A stretch of DNA of 56,708 nt from an uncultured Bdellovibrionales bacterium. GTDB lineage: Bacteria; Patescibacteriota; Minisyncoccia; Moranbacterales; GWC2-37-73. Positions 9,857 to 18,263 of this stretch are shown here, one piece after another. The first letter of the stretch is position 1. Every line of letters begins with the position of its first letter. The translations under genes were made by a program, and so were the position numbers. The notes under the pieces were generated by a model, which was not told where the DNA came from, searched no databases, and was given only the letters and a program-made list of their open reading frames with translations. The DNA lies in the NCBI GenBank assembly GCA_964484505.1, contig CAZAFB010000008.1, positions 1 to 56,708 of the forward strand, given 5' to 3'.

Positions 9857-9865
9857 TTATCCACA
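9857..9865 (+). promoter_or_regulatory. Perfect DnaA box
   Basis: TTATCCACA, followed 4 nt later by TATACT. Confidence 0.5.
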
Positions 9866-9925
9866 GGGGTATACTATTGCAGTGATAATGCACTAGTGAT
9901 AGAATAACAGCAGTTGAGTTTGTAA

Positions 9926-9947
9926 CGTTAAAAAGTTTATAACGTTT
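9926..9947 (+). repeat. Left 22-bp direct repeat flanking the ORF6N gene (TAACGTT family)
   Basis: CGTTAAAAAGTTTATAACGTTT, identical to 10546-10567. Confidence 0.9.
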
Positions 9948-9971
9948 ATAACGAAAGTGCAGGGTAAAAAT

Positions 9972-10562
9972 ATGAAAAATAAAAAAGAAAAAAAATTAAT
10001 TCCGCAAGTAATTATCGAACAGAAGATATTTTTGATTAGGGGGAAGAAGGTTATGTTGGATAATGATCTCGCGGTTTTATATGGAGTGGAAACTAAGGCT
10101 TTGAAAAGAGCGGTTAAGAGGAACATGGATAGATTCCCAGAAGACTTTATGTTTCAGTTGAGCAAAGAGGAGGGAGATGCTTTTTCAAGGTACCAATTTG
10201 GCACCTTGAAAAGAGGACAAAATATAAAATATATGCCTTATGTTTTTACTGAGCAAGGAGTCGCTATGTTATCGGGTATTCTTAATAGTAAAAGGGCGAT
10301 TGAGGTTAATATTCAGATAATAAGGACATTTGTGAGATTAAGGGAAATGATAATCAGCAATAAAGAACTTAGGATTAGATTGGATAAGATAGAAGAAAAG
10401 TATGATAAAAGGTTCAAAGTTATATTTGATACTCTGAGGATGCTCCTGGAAGATGATAAAAAGAACAAAAAAGAAATAACAAATACGAGAAAAATAGGGT
10501 TTAAATGCAAGGGAAAAAGGTCCGAAAAGTCCATAAGGTCTAGAGCGTTAAAAAGTTTATAA
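9972..10562 (+). CDS. ORF6N (KilA-N-like) DNA-binding domain protein
   Basis: IRGKKVMLDNDLAVLYGVETKALKRAVKRNMDRFPEDFMFQL...PYVFTEQGVAMLSGILNSKRAIEVNIQIIRTFVRLR; AT-rich. Confidence 0.9.
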   Translation: MKNKKEKKLIPQVIIEQKIFLIRGKKVMLDNDLAVLYGVETKALKRAVKRNMDRFPEDFMFQLSKEEGDAFSRYQFGTLKRGQNIKYMPYVFTEQGVAMLSGILNSKRAIEVNIQIIRTFVRLREMIISNKELRIRLDKIEEKYDKRFKVIFDTLRMLLEDDKKNKKEITNTRKIGFKCKGKRSEKSIRSRALKSL

Positions 10563-10592
10563 CGTTTGTAATGTTCATAACGTTTTTAACGA
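10546..10592 (+). repeat. Right direct repeat plus further TAACGTT units
   Basis: 22-bp exact copy at 10546-10567, overlapping the stop codon, then degenerate 9-nt units. Confidence 0.9.
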
Positions 10593-10664
10593 GAATGCAT
10601 AAAAGAAAGATATAATTCTAAAGTTTGAAATATAATTTATTTTTTTAATTAAGTATTGCGATTT

Positions 10665-10686
10665 TGTACATTCGTATATTTGTACA
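10665..10686. promoter_or_regulatory. Candidate LexA operator
   Basis: TGTACA-N10-TGTACA dyad upstream of lexA. Confidence 0.4.
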
Positions 10687-10807
10687 GATTCGTCCGCCTG
10701 CTTCGAAATTTGGTTATGCATTTCTAATTTACTAAATTAATAATTATTTTTAATTACCTCTCGTTTAATAAATGCTTACGCATTTCGGGCAGGTAATTAG
10801 TAGGACT

Positions 10808-11467
10808 ATGAAGCTGACATCTAAACAAAAAATGATTATCGATGCGGTTAGGGAATTGAGTAGCAGCACCAAAAAGCAACCAACCAGTTATCGGGTTCAT
10901 AAATATTTGGAATCGAAAGGAATTCCGGATAGTATGAAATCCGTGATGCAGGTGATCGAGGCGCTGGAGAAAAAAGATTTGCTTACGCGCGACGAGCAGC
11001 GCAAGCTATACTTAGTGGAAAATGAAAATTATGGTAATGCGCAAAATGTATTTGCAATTCCACTCTATGGTTTGGCTTCTTGCGGCGAGGCATTGGCATA
11101 TGCCGATGAGGGTGCGGATGATTTCTTGCAGATTTCCAAGAATCTCTTCTACCGCACCAAGCCGGAACAACTGTTTGCGGTCAAGGCTCTGGGGGATTCG
11201 ATGAATAAAGAAAATATCAATGACGGTGACTATGCGATATTTGAAAAAGCGCAACCCGATCAGGAGTTTGAGGGTAAAATTGTGGTGGCGGTGATCAATG
11301 GCATGGCGACGATCAAGCGCTATAAAAAAGCAGGTGACGGAGTGATCGGGCTTTTTCCGCACTCAACCAATGAATCGCATCACCCGATATTCCTCTCAGA
11401 AACTGACAGCGTTTTTATTGCAGGTGTTTTCAAGCGTGTCTTGCCGGTATCATTCGTGAGTATATAA
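10808..11467 (+). CDS. lexA: LexA-family repressor (winged HTH plus S24 peptidase)
   Basis: N-terminal PT...ALEKK winged-HTH pattern, cleavage loop IPLYGLASCG, catalytic GDSM (Ser) and TIKR (Lys). Confidence 0.85.
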   Translation: MKLTSKQKMIIDAVRELSSSTKKQPTSYRVHKYLESKGIPDSMKSVMQVIEALEKKDLLTRDEQRKLYLVENENYGNAQNVFAIPLYGLASCGEALAYADEGADDFLQISKNLFYRTKPEQLFAVKALGDSMNKENINDGDYAIFEKAQPDQEFEGKIVVAVINGMATIKRYKKAGDGVIGLFPHSTNESHHPIFLSETDSVFIAGVFKRVLPVSFVSI

Positions 11468-11481
11468 AAATTATAAACAAA

Positions 11482-11793
11482 ATGTTTTTGGAAATAATTA
11501 TCACCATAATAATTCTGGCGCTTTTGGCTTATTTGTTGAGTGCAGTTTCACTTGTGCTTTTTTATGAAGCAAAATTGCGTAGGATGTTTGCCATAAAGCA
11601 ACTCATTGAGGCTCAAATCAGGGCATTGTCTTGTTCTGCAGCAGTGAAAAATGCCAAAGTGTTCAAGTTGGAACAAGATTATCTGGTGTTATCGAAAAGG
11701 ATAGAAAAAAAGCGCTATTTTGTCGTTTCAAGAATGCTTAATATACGGCAAAAGGAGAATTTCAAAAAGCTGGATTGGCAGGGGAATATGTGA
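11482..11793 (+). CDS. Small protein with N-terminal transmembrane helix
   Basis: 103-aa ORF filling the lexA-ftsK gap; hydrophobic residues 2-27. Confidence 0.7.
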   Translation: MFLEIIITIIILALLAYLLSAVSLVLFYEAKLRRMFAIKQLIEAQIRALSCSAAVKNAKVFKLEQDYLVLSKRIEKKRYFVVSRMLNIRQKENFKKLDWQGNM

Positions 11794-11808
11794 TATAATC
11801 GAAACAGT

Positions 11809-14136
11809 ATGGGACGCAAAAAAAAGCAACAAACTAGCGATCAAGGCTCAACTCTTTCAATACTTTCAGGCGATGTTAAACGTAGCGTCGTGGCGATTGC
11901 TCTTTTCACTTTGGCAATTCTTTTTGTCTTGGGATTTTTTGGAAATTCCGGTGTGTTGGGCAAGCTTTTTAACGAAGTGATCGGGATGCTTTTGGGTTGG
12001 GGTAAGTGGTTTACGCCGATTGTCCTCATTTGTGCCGGAGTGATTCTGCTTTTTCGTAAGGAGACCCTCTTCTATGTGTCAAAATTGATCGGTCTTTCGG
12101 TTGCCTTTGTGGGCTTGCTTGGTTTTCTGCATATTTTTTTTGAAAAAGCCGACATGATTGCCAAAGCAAAAGCCGGAGTCGGAGGTGGCTATGTGGGCTA
12201 CATTTTCGATGTTGCTTTGATAAAACTATTTGGGACGATCGGGGCTGGTGTTATTTTATTTGCTCTTATAGCAATGGGTATTTTCGTGGCCTTCAATTTT
12301 TCGATAATCACTCTTTTGCGAAAATTATATCGAGAAAAAATTTCAGAAGGGGATTCTTGTGACGAGGAACAAGCGGAAGAAGATGAAGAAAAGATTGAAA
12401 AAGAAGAAATCCCGGAAAAAAAGATTGAATATGTTGGCGATTCCGATCAGGAGGATGAAGACGAATCTGAAAATAGAAAGAAGCAGAAAAGAGAGAGCGT
12501 GCTTCAAAAAGTATCCGATTGGATGCCTAAAAAGAGCAAGAAAGATGAGAGTAACGAAGAGGAGGAAGAAAGAGATGAATATGGACATGAATGGGAATTG
12601 CCACCAATCAGTCTTTTGGAAAAAACTTCCGGCAGGGCTGAAAGTGGCGATACGCAAAAAAATCAGAAAAAAATTCAGGACACTTTTCATCATTTCGGGA
12701 TCGAGGTTGAAAATGATGAAATCAAAGTTGGCCCTACTGTGACCCAATACAGTTTTAAACCGGCTGTAGGAGTGAAATTAAGCAGGATTACGTCGCTCAA
12801 TGATGACTTGGCTTTGGCGCTTGCTTCTCATCCGATCAGGATAGAAGCTCCGATTCCGGGGAAATCACTTATCGGTATTGAAGTTAAAAACAAATCAGTG
12901 GCGCAAGTTCGCTTGCCGGAACTGCTTAATAGTAGCGAATTTATCGATAATCAATCTAATCTCACGATAGCGCTCGGAAAAGATGTAAGCGGTAACTATA
13001 TCGTGGGCGATCTCAAGAAGATGCCGCATCTGATGATCGCCGGTATGACAGGTAGCGGAAAAAGTGTTTGTGCAAACACCATCTTACTTTCCTTGTTGTA
13101 TCAAAATTCGCCAGATGATTTGAAGCTTATTCTGGTAGATCCTAAACGAGTGGAGCTTTCCTTGTATAATGGTATTCCTCATCTTCTTGCGGATGTAATC
13201 GTAGAAAACGGCAAAGTTGTCAGTGCACTGAAGTGGGCTATCGGAGAGATGGAAAGAAGATACAAGTTGTTGCAATCCACTGGATCAAGAGATATTACTT
13301 CCTATAATCAAAAAGCACAAGCTGGAGAAACGCGTACTGTTGTTGATCAAGATACTGGTGAAGTTAACGAGGAAGAAATAGAAAAGATTCCATATATAGT
13401 TATAATGATCGATGAATTGGCAGATCTTATGGCTACGCATGGCAAGGAAGTGGAGGGTGCCATCATCCGTTTGGCTCAAATGGCGCGTGCTGTGGGAATT
13501 CACTTGATTGTTTCCACACAGCGCCCAAGCGTGGAGGTGATTACTGGTTTAATCAAGGCGAATATTGCAACGCGCATAGCTTTTAAGGTAGCGACACAGA
13601 TAGATTCCAGAACAATTCTTGATGCTTCGGGAGCGGAAAAATTATTAGGTAATGGTGATATGCTCTATTCCTCCACGGCTGTAGGGGGAATGCGCAGATT
13701 GCAAGGCGTATATGTCAATGAATCGGAAGTTAAACGTGTTGTTGATTTCATTATTAAGCAGAAGAACAAAATACCCCAAGGGCTTGATGATCAAATAGTG
13801 GAAAGATCAAAAGGAAGTGATAGTTTGGAAAGGAATAATTTCGGTCATCTTAATTTAGATTCCAATGAAAGCGAGGAAGAAGACGATGATCCGCTATATG
13901 AAGAAGCAAAGAGGACCGTTTTGGAGACAAGGAAAGCTTCCACTTCGTTCTTGCAGAGAAAGTTCCGTATAGGTTATTCAAGAGCTGCCAGACTCATAGA
14001 TTTGCTTGAAGAAAGGGGGATTGTTGGTCCGCAGGATGGCTCCAGACCGCGAGAAGTATATGCTAATGGTGAAGACGATCCTGATTATGAAGACGGAATT
14101 GAAGATCAACAGAAAAGAGATAAATGGCAAATGTAG
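11809..14136 (+). CDS. ftsK: FtsK/SpoIIIE DNA translocase
   Basis: N-terminal TM helices, HLMIAGMTGSGKS, LILVDPKRVEL, MIDELADLM, gamma domain STSFLQRKFRIGYSRAARLID. Confidence 0.97.
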   Translation: MGRKKKQQTSDQGSTLSILSGDVKRSVVAIALFTLAILFVLGFFGNSGVLGKLFNEVIGMLLGWGKWFTPIVLICAGVILLFRKETLFYVSKLIGLSVAFVGLLGFLHIFFEKADMIAKAKAGVGGGYVGYIFDVALIKLFGTIGAGVILFALIAMGIFVAFNFSIITLLRKLYREKISEGDSCDEEQAEEDEEKIEKEEIPEKKIEYVGDSDQEDEDESENRKKQKRESVLQKVSDWMPKKSKKDESNEEEEERDEYGHEWELPPISLLEKTSGRAESGDTQKNQKKIQDTFHHFGIEVENDEIKVGPTVTQYSFKPAVGVKLSRITSLNDDLALALASHPIRIEAPIPGKSLIGIEVKNKSVAQVRLPELLNSSEFIDNQSNLTIALGKDVSGNYIVGDLKKMPHLMIAGMTGSGKSVCANTILLSLLYQNSPDDLKLILVDPKRVELSLYNGIPHLLADVIVENGKVVSALKWAIGEMERRYKLLQSTGSRDITSYNQKAQAGETRTVVDQDTGEVNEEEIEKIPYIVIMIDELADLMATHGKEVEGAIIRLAQMARAVGIHLIVSTQRPSVEVITGLIKANIATRIAFKVATQIDSRTILDASGAEKLLGNGDMLYSSTAVGGMRRLQGVYVNESEVKRVVDFIIKQKNKIPQGLDDQIVERSKGSDSLERNNFGHLNLDSNESEEEDDDPLYEEAKRTVLETRKASTSFLQRKFRIGYSRAARLIDLLEERGIVGPQDGSRPREVYANGEDDPDYEDGIEDQQKRDKWQM

Positions 14137-14141
14137 TAAGT

Positions 14142-14238
14142 GCGACTCGAATGATACGAATATGCACCCGAATGACTCGAATGAAATTTGGTGTCGATAT
14201 TCGTAACATTAGAGTGATTATTGGTAAATTAGAGTCGC
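14142..14238. repeat. Periodic quasi-palindromic intergenic element (CGAAT/ATTCG family)
   Basis: Terminal IR GCGACTC/GAGTCGC; left arm has four CGAAT units, right arm ATTCG/ATTAG/ATTGG. Confidence 0.8.
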
Positions 14239-14242
14239 TAAT

Positions 14243-15250
14243 ATGATGGTACGATTTACGACTAAAAAAATTGAATCACTTACTTTGGGCGAGCGTTTGA
14301 AAAAAATGCGCAACGATCGCCGTTTGGGGACCAATGATGTCGCCAAAATGATAAAGGTGCAAGTGAAATATCTGCAATATCTGGAAGAAGGTGAGTATGC
14401 CAAATTGCCGGCAGATGTATATGTGAAAGGTTTTTTGAGAAGCATTGCTATCTTTTTTGGGGTTTCGGAAAAAGCACTGATTAAGCAATATGAAAGAGAG
14501 AAGGGTATTCAGCTAAGTACAGGGAAGGTTTCATTAAAAGATGAATCTCCCAGGATTGTTAAATATTCTGGTTTTGCCATAACACCTAAAATATTAATCG
14601 CATCGCTTGTTGCGGTGGCAGTAATTTCCGGATTTTGTTATTTGTATTTGGAAGTGAATAGTTTTGTATCTGTGCCGCGCTTAGTTATTCTGAAGCCCAG
14701 TGACGGAACTACTGTGGATGGCAATGTCGCTCATGTAATTGGAGTTGCGGAAAAGGATGCAGTTGTTTCCTTAAATGGTCAATTTGTTTTGGTAAATGAG
14801 AATGGCGAGTTTAGCGAGGATGTGACTTTGCAAAATGGACTAAATACAATAACCGTTGTTGCTAAAAATAAGTTTGACAAGGAGTCGACGCAGTCGATAA
14901 ATATAAATGCAAACATCGCTCAGCCTGAAATGCTGCAATCAGAAAACAGCGATAATAGAAGCGAAGAAGTTGATCAGCAACCGGAAGAACAGCAAGAGCA
15001 GTTTTCAGTAAGAGTGAATGTTGCTTCTAAAGGTATAAGTGTGAGAATTGAAGATGAAAAAGGAGTTTTGTTCGATGGTGGCATAGACCCGAAATTGCCG
15101 ATATCTTTGGATGTCAGAGGCGATATAAAAATATCTTCGACAAAAGGAAGTAAAACAGATGTGAGAATAAATGGAAAAGATTTGGGAGTGCTCAGTACAA
15201 ATACAGGAAAGGTCTCAGGAGTAATGTTCAATAAGGATGGCAGAAAATAG
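14243..15250 (+). CDS. rodZ: RodZ-like protein (XRE HTH, TM, Ig-like, C-terminal beta domain)
   Basis: TLGERLKKMR...YLQYLEEGEYAKLPADVYVKGFLRS, TM ILIASLVAVAVISGFCYLY, Ig-like LQNGLNTITVVAKNK. Confidence 0.8.
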   Translation: MMVRFTTKKIESLTLGERLKKMRNDRRLGTNDVAKMIKVQVKYLQYLEEGEYAKLPADVYVKGFLRSIAIFFGVSEKALIKQYEREKGIQLSTGKVSLKDESPRIVKYSGFAITPKILIASLVAVAVISGFCYLYLEVNSFVSVPRLVILKPSDGTTVDGNVAHVIGVAEKDAVVSLNGQFVLVNENGEFSEDVTLQNGLNTITVVAKNKFDKESTQSININANIAQPEMLQSENSDNRSEEVDQQPEEQQEQFSVRVNVASKGISVRIEDEKGVLFDGGIDPKLPISLDVRGDIKISSTKGSKTDVRINGKDLGVLSTNTGKVSGVMFNKDGRK

Positions 15251-15325
15251 GGGGCATAAAAGGGAAATAATTTTCGAGATAACGGATCGCGCATAATTTT
15301 CGCGACGTAAATCTTGCATAAAAAA

Positions 15326-16333
15326 ATGGCAAAAAAAACAGAAACAGCTGCGCCGGAGGGGAAGCACAGTTTGGATCAGGTTGTTGAAGAAATCAAAGAG
15401 AAATTTGGTGACGGCATGATCATGAAATTAGGCGATGTGCGCAAAGTTGATGTGGAGGCGATACCAACAGGCTCAATATCACTTGATATAGCGTTGGGAA
15501 TCGGTGGAGTGCCACGAGGACGCATTATTGAAGTGTATGGACCTGAATCGTCCGGAAAAACAACATTGGCTTTGCATATTGTGGCTAATGCACAAAAAGC
15601 AGGAGGCACCGCAGCCTTTGTAGATGCTGAGCATGCGCTTGATCCCGAATATGCCAAGAAAATTGGCGTGAAAATAAATGAGATGCTTATTTCTCAACCT
15701 GACACGGGAGAGCAGGCGTTGGATATCGTAGAAACGCTGGTTCGTAGCGGTGCGGTTGATGTGATTGTTGTAGACTCTGTTGCAGCCCTGGTGCCGAAAG
15801 CGGAAATTGAAGGTGAGATGGGGGATCAACACGTTGGACGCCAGGCGCGTCTTATGAGTCAAGCATTGCGAAAATTGACTGCAATTGTTTCACGCTCAAA
15901 TACGATTGTTATTTTTATCAATCAGATACGCATGAAGATCGGGGTGATGTTTGGCAATCCGGAAACTACTTCCGGAGGTCAGGCCTTGAAATTTTATTCT
16001 TCGGTGCGTGTTGAAGTGAGGCGGATAGCTCAAATAAAGAAAGGGGAGGATATTGTAGGTAATCGTACTAAAGTTAAGATAGTAAAGAACAAGGTTGCGC
16101 CACCTTTCAAGACTGCGGAATTCGATATTATGTATAACGAAGGAATTTCACTCGCAGGTGATCTTGTGGATATGGGTGTTAAATATGAGGTGGTTAAGAA
16201 ATCGGGCAATTCGTATTCTTTTGAAGAAACAAAATTGGGAACCGGACGTGAAAATGCAAAAAACTTTCTAAAAGAAAATCCGAAGGTTGGTGACAAGATA
16301 GCTAAGGCAATTTCAGCGAAAGTTAAGGAGTAG
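15326..16333 (+). CDS. recA: Recombinase A
   Basis: [62 protein letters not shown]. Confidence 0.99.
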   Translation: MAKKTETAAPEGKHSLDQVVEEIKEKFGDGMIMKLGDVRKVDVEAIPTGSISLDIALGIGGVPRGRIIEVYGPESSGKTTLALHIVANAQKAGGTAAFVDAEHALDPEYAKKIGVKINEMLISQPDTGEQALDIVETLVRSGAVDVIVVDSVAALVPKAEIEGEMGDQHVGRQARLMSQALRKLTAIVSRSNTIVIFINQIRMKIGVMFGNPETTSGGQALKFYSSVRVEVRRIAQIKKGEDIVGNRTKVKIVKNKVAPPFKTAEFDIMYNEGISLAGDLVDMGVKYEVVKKSGNSYSFEETKLGTGRENAKNFLKENPKVGDKIAKAISAKVKE

Positions 16334-16340
16334 CATTTGC

Positions 16341-16369
16341 TTGACTTTGGGATAAAAATGCTGTATAAT
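16341..16369 (+). promoter_or_regulatory. Sigma70 promoter
   Basis: TTGACT-17-TATAAT. Confidence 0.85.
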
Positions 16370-16386
16370 GGTAATATAGCAATGGG

Positions 16387-16411
16387 AAACGGGTGATTTC
16401 ACCCGTTTTTT
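16387..16411 (+). terminator. Leader hairpin with U-tract (recA terminator or attenuator)
   Basis: AAACGGGTGA/TCACCCGTTT then TTT, about 12 nt after the predicted start site. Confidence 0.6.
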
Positions 16412-16474
16412 CGTTGGTAAACAGTAAAAATCCGCAAATGCGTCAAAAAGACGCAAGGCGCGGCAAAAACAAAA

Positions 16475-16615
16475 ATGGAAGAAGTAACTAAATGTCCTCA
16501 TTGTGAGGCGAGAAAAGCAAAAGAAGCTGAAAATGAAGAATTCAGCTTTGCCCTTCTGGTCTCCTTGATTCCTCTCCTGGTCTTCACCTTGTTTGGCCAG
16601 ATTGGTTTGTTCTAA
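16475..16615 (+). CDS. 46-aa CxxC plus C-terminal TM small protein
   Basis: MEEVTKCPHCEARKAKEAENEEFSFALLVSLIPLLVFTLFGQIGLF; has its own promoter and terminator; not in the ORF track. Confidence 0.7.
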   Translation: MEEVTKCPHCEARKAKEAENEEFSFALLVSLIPLLVFTLFGQIGLF

Positions 16616-16638
16616 AAAACTGAATATTGAATAAAAAC

Positions 16639-16663
16639 AAAAAACCACCCGAAGGTGGTTTTT
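16639..16663. terminator. Bidirectional terminator (small ORF and efp)
   Basis: AAAACCACC-CGAA-GGTGGTTTT. Confidence 0.85.
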
Positions 16664-16714
16664 ATGTTGGTTCACTCTGAATGAAGTAATAAATGTATAA
16701 TTTAAAATACTTTT

Positions 16715-17272
16715 CTAAGCTCTGGAAACGTATTCTCCTTTTTCAGTATTGACGATTATTTTGTCACCTTGGTTCACGAAAAGGGGAGCAGATACTTTTA
16801 GGTCAGTTTCGAGTACGACAACTTTGCCGCCGGTTCCTGCGGTATCACCCTTGATTCCCGGTGGCGCCTCTACTACTTCGAGAGTTACTTTTATAGGTAG
16901 TTCAATATTAACCGGAGTTTCGTTGAAGTTAAGTACGGTAACTTCTGTTCCTTCCAAAAGATAGAATTTTCCATCCCCGATAACTTCTTCATCCAAGGAA
17001 AATTGTTCATAGGAGGTATTATCCATGAAATTGAAAGTTTCTCCTTCACGATAGAGAAATTGTGCTTTTGATTTGGACATATCCGCTTCGTCGACTTTGT
17101 CCGCACCTTGGAATGTTTTATCCAACACACTTCCGTTTAATAGGTTCTTTAATTTAGTTCGTAAAACTGCGCCAGCTCGACCAGTCTTGGAATGTTCATG
17201 AGTGAGAACAATATAGGGCTGTCCTTCCCAAAGGATATTTTTTCCTGATTTGATATCGCTTATTCCTAGCAT
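16715..17272 (-). CDS. efp: Translation elongation factor P
   Basis: HSKTGRAGAVLRTKLKNL, FLYREGETFNFMD, PPGIKGDTAG, VSAPLFVNQGDKIIVNT. Confidence 0.98.
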   Translation of the reverse strand: MLGISDIKSGKNILWEGQPYIVLTHEHSKTGRAGAVLRTKLKNLLNGSVLDKTFQGADKVDEADMSKSKAQFLYREGETFNFMDNTSYEQFSLDEEVIGDGKFYLLEGTEVTVLNFNETPVNIELPIKVTLEVVEAPPGIKGDTAGTGGKVVVLETDLKVSAPLFVNQGDKIIVNTEKGEYVSRA

Positions 17273-17276
17273 GATT

Positions 17277-17363
17277 CGTTATAACGTTATAACGTTTTTA
17301 ACGTTTATAACGTTTTCTATTCGAGTTCTTTTAACGTTATAAACTTTATAAACGTTATGAACG
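17277..17363. repeat. TAACGTT-family periodic element (gene-free site)
   Basis: About eight 8-9-nt TAACGTT units; 17333-17347 is the reverse complement of the AAAGTTTATAACGTT core of the ORF6N flanks. Confidence 0.85.
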
Positions 17364-17369
17364 ATTGGA

Positions 17370-17576
17370 TTATTTAACTACAAAAGGCACTAGGGCCATG
17401 ACGCGGGCACGCTTGATTGCCTGGGAAAGCATTCTTTGGTGGTGGGTACAGGTTCCGTGGCGCTTTGGCGGATAGATTTTTCCTTGTGAGTTGGTGAAAC
17501 GGCGGATCAGATAAGCGTCTTTATAGTCTATCTTTTCCATCTTCTGCTGGCAGAAGAAACATGATTTTTTTTCCAT
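17370..17576 (-). CDS. rpsR: 30S ribosomal protein S18
   Basis: CFFC, IDYKD, GKIYPPKRHGTCTHHQRMLSQAIKRARVMALVPF. Confidence 0.97.
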   Translation of the reverse strand: MEKKSCFFCQQKMEKIDYKDAYLIRRFTNSQGKIYPPKRHGTCTHHQRMLSQAIKRARVMALVPFVVK

Positions 17577-17585
17577 GTGGAAATA

Positions 17586-17676
17586 AATCGCGAATCAATC
17601 TCTAATTTATCTCGAATTGTCTCGAATTAAGGCATTAGTGATTATTAGTGATAAGATTCGTGTCGATTAGTGATTT
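17586..17676. repeat. CGAAT/ATTAG periodic element
   Basis: Begins AATCGCGAAT and ends ATTAGTGATTT, the same termini as 18865-18956. Confidence 0.8.
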
Positions 17677-17682
17677 ATGTCA

Positions 17683-18162
17683 TTAAAATGGTACATCCTC
17701 GATTCTTACTTCATCCTGTTCTTCATCAAGGTTGATGGTTGGGATTTCTGGCTCAGCTGGAGCAGTTGTTTTGTTCGGGGTACTTGCTTGAGGTGCAGCT
17801 GTTGCCATTGCTGGACGCGGAGCCCCAGCCCCTCCTGGTTTACTGCCGAACTGAAAACTTTCAGCAACGACTTCCGTAATGCGTTTTTCAACACCATCTT
17901 TGCCCGTGTATGATCTGTTTTCTAAACGTCCTTCAAAGTATGCTTCTTGACCTTTAATCAAATATTGTCCGGCGATTTCAGCGCTGCGACCCCAGAGGAT
18001 GATGTTATGAAAATCAGTTTTTTCTTGCTTTTGTCCGCTTTTATCAGTCCAGAAACGGTTGGTTGCCAGACCTATAGTAGCAACTGTTTGACCTGTCTGA
18101 GTGGTGCGAAGTTCGACATCGCGCGTCAGGCGCCCAACGAGGATCACTTTGTTCACGTTCAT
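17683..18162 (-). CDS. ssb: Single-stranded DNA-binding protein
   Basis: NKVILVGRLTRDVELRTT, EGRLENRSY, acidic tail ending EDVPF. Confidence 0.98.
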   Translation of the reverse strand: MNVNKVILVGRLTRDVELRTTQTGQTVATIGLATNRFWTDKSGQKQEKTDFHNIILWGRSAEIAGQYLIKGQEAYFEGRLENRSYTGKDGVEKRITEVVAESFQFGSKPGGAGAPRPAMATAAPQASTPNKTTAPAEPEIPTINLDEEQDEVRIEDVPF

Positions 18163-18174
18163 GAGGATTTTTGT

Positions 18175-18257
18175 CCCGAATCTTCGCGAATTATTTCTCG
18201 AATAATCACGAATGATTAGGGAATATTAGCGAATTTATTAGTGATGATTCGCGATTT
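18175..18257. repeat. CGAAT/ATTAG periodic element
   Basis: Four CGAAT units, then ATTAG/ATTCG units. Confidence 0.8.
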
Positions 18258-18263
18258 ATATCC

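Noticed and set aside
9665-9907. 80-aa ORF whose end (KTVGEILAVIFVYKWLKRK) faintly resembles a queuosine-precursor transporter C-terminus
   Set aside because: It starts inside a terminator, has no SD, and the similarity is too short to support.
813-16333. Inteins or introns in rpoB, rpoC or recA
   Set aside because: The proteins are of normal or short length with contiguous motifs, and there are no intein splice signatures.
16313-16675. 120-aa minus-strand ORF
   Set aside because: It is antisense to a promoter, the 46-aa gene and terminators; Phe-rich shadow of an A-rich strand.
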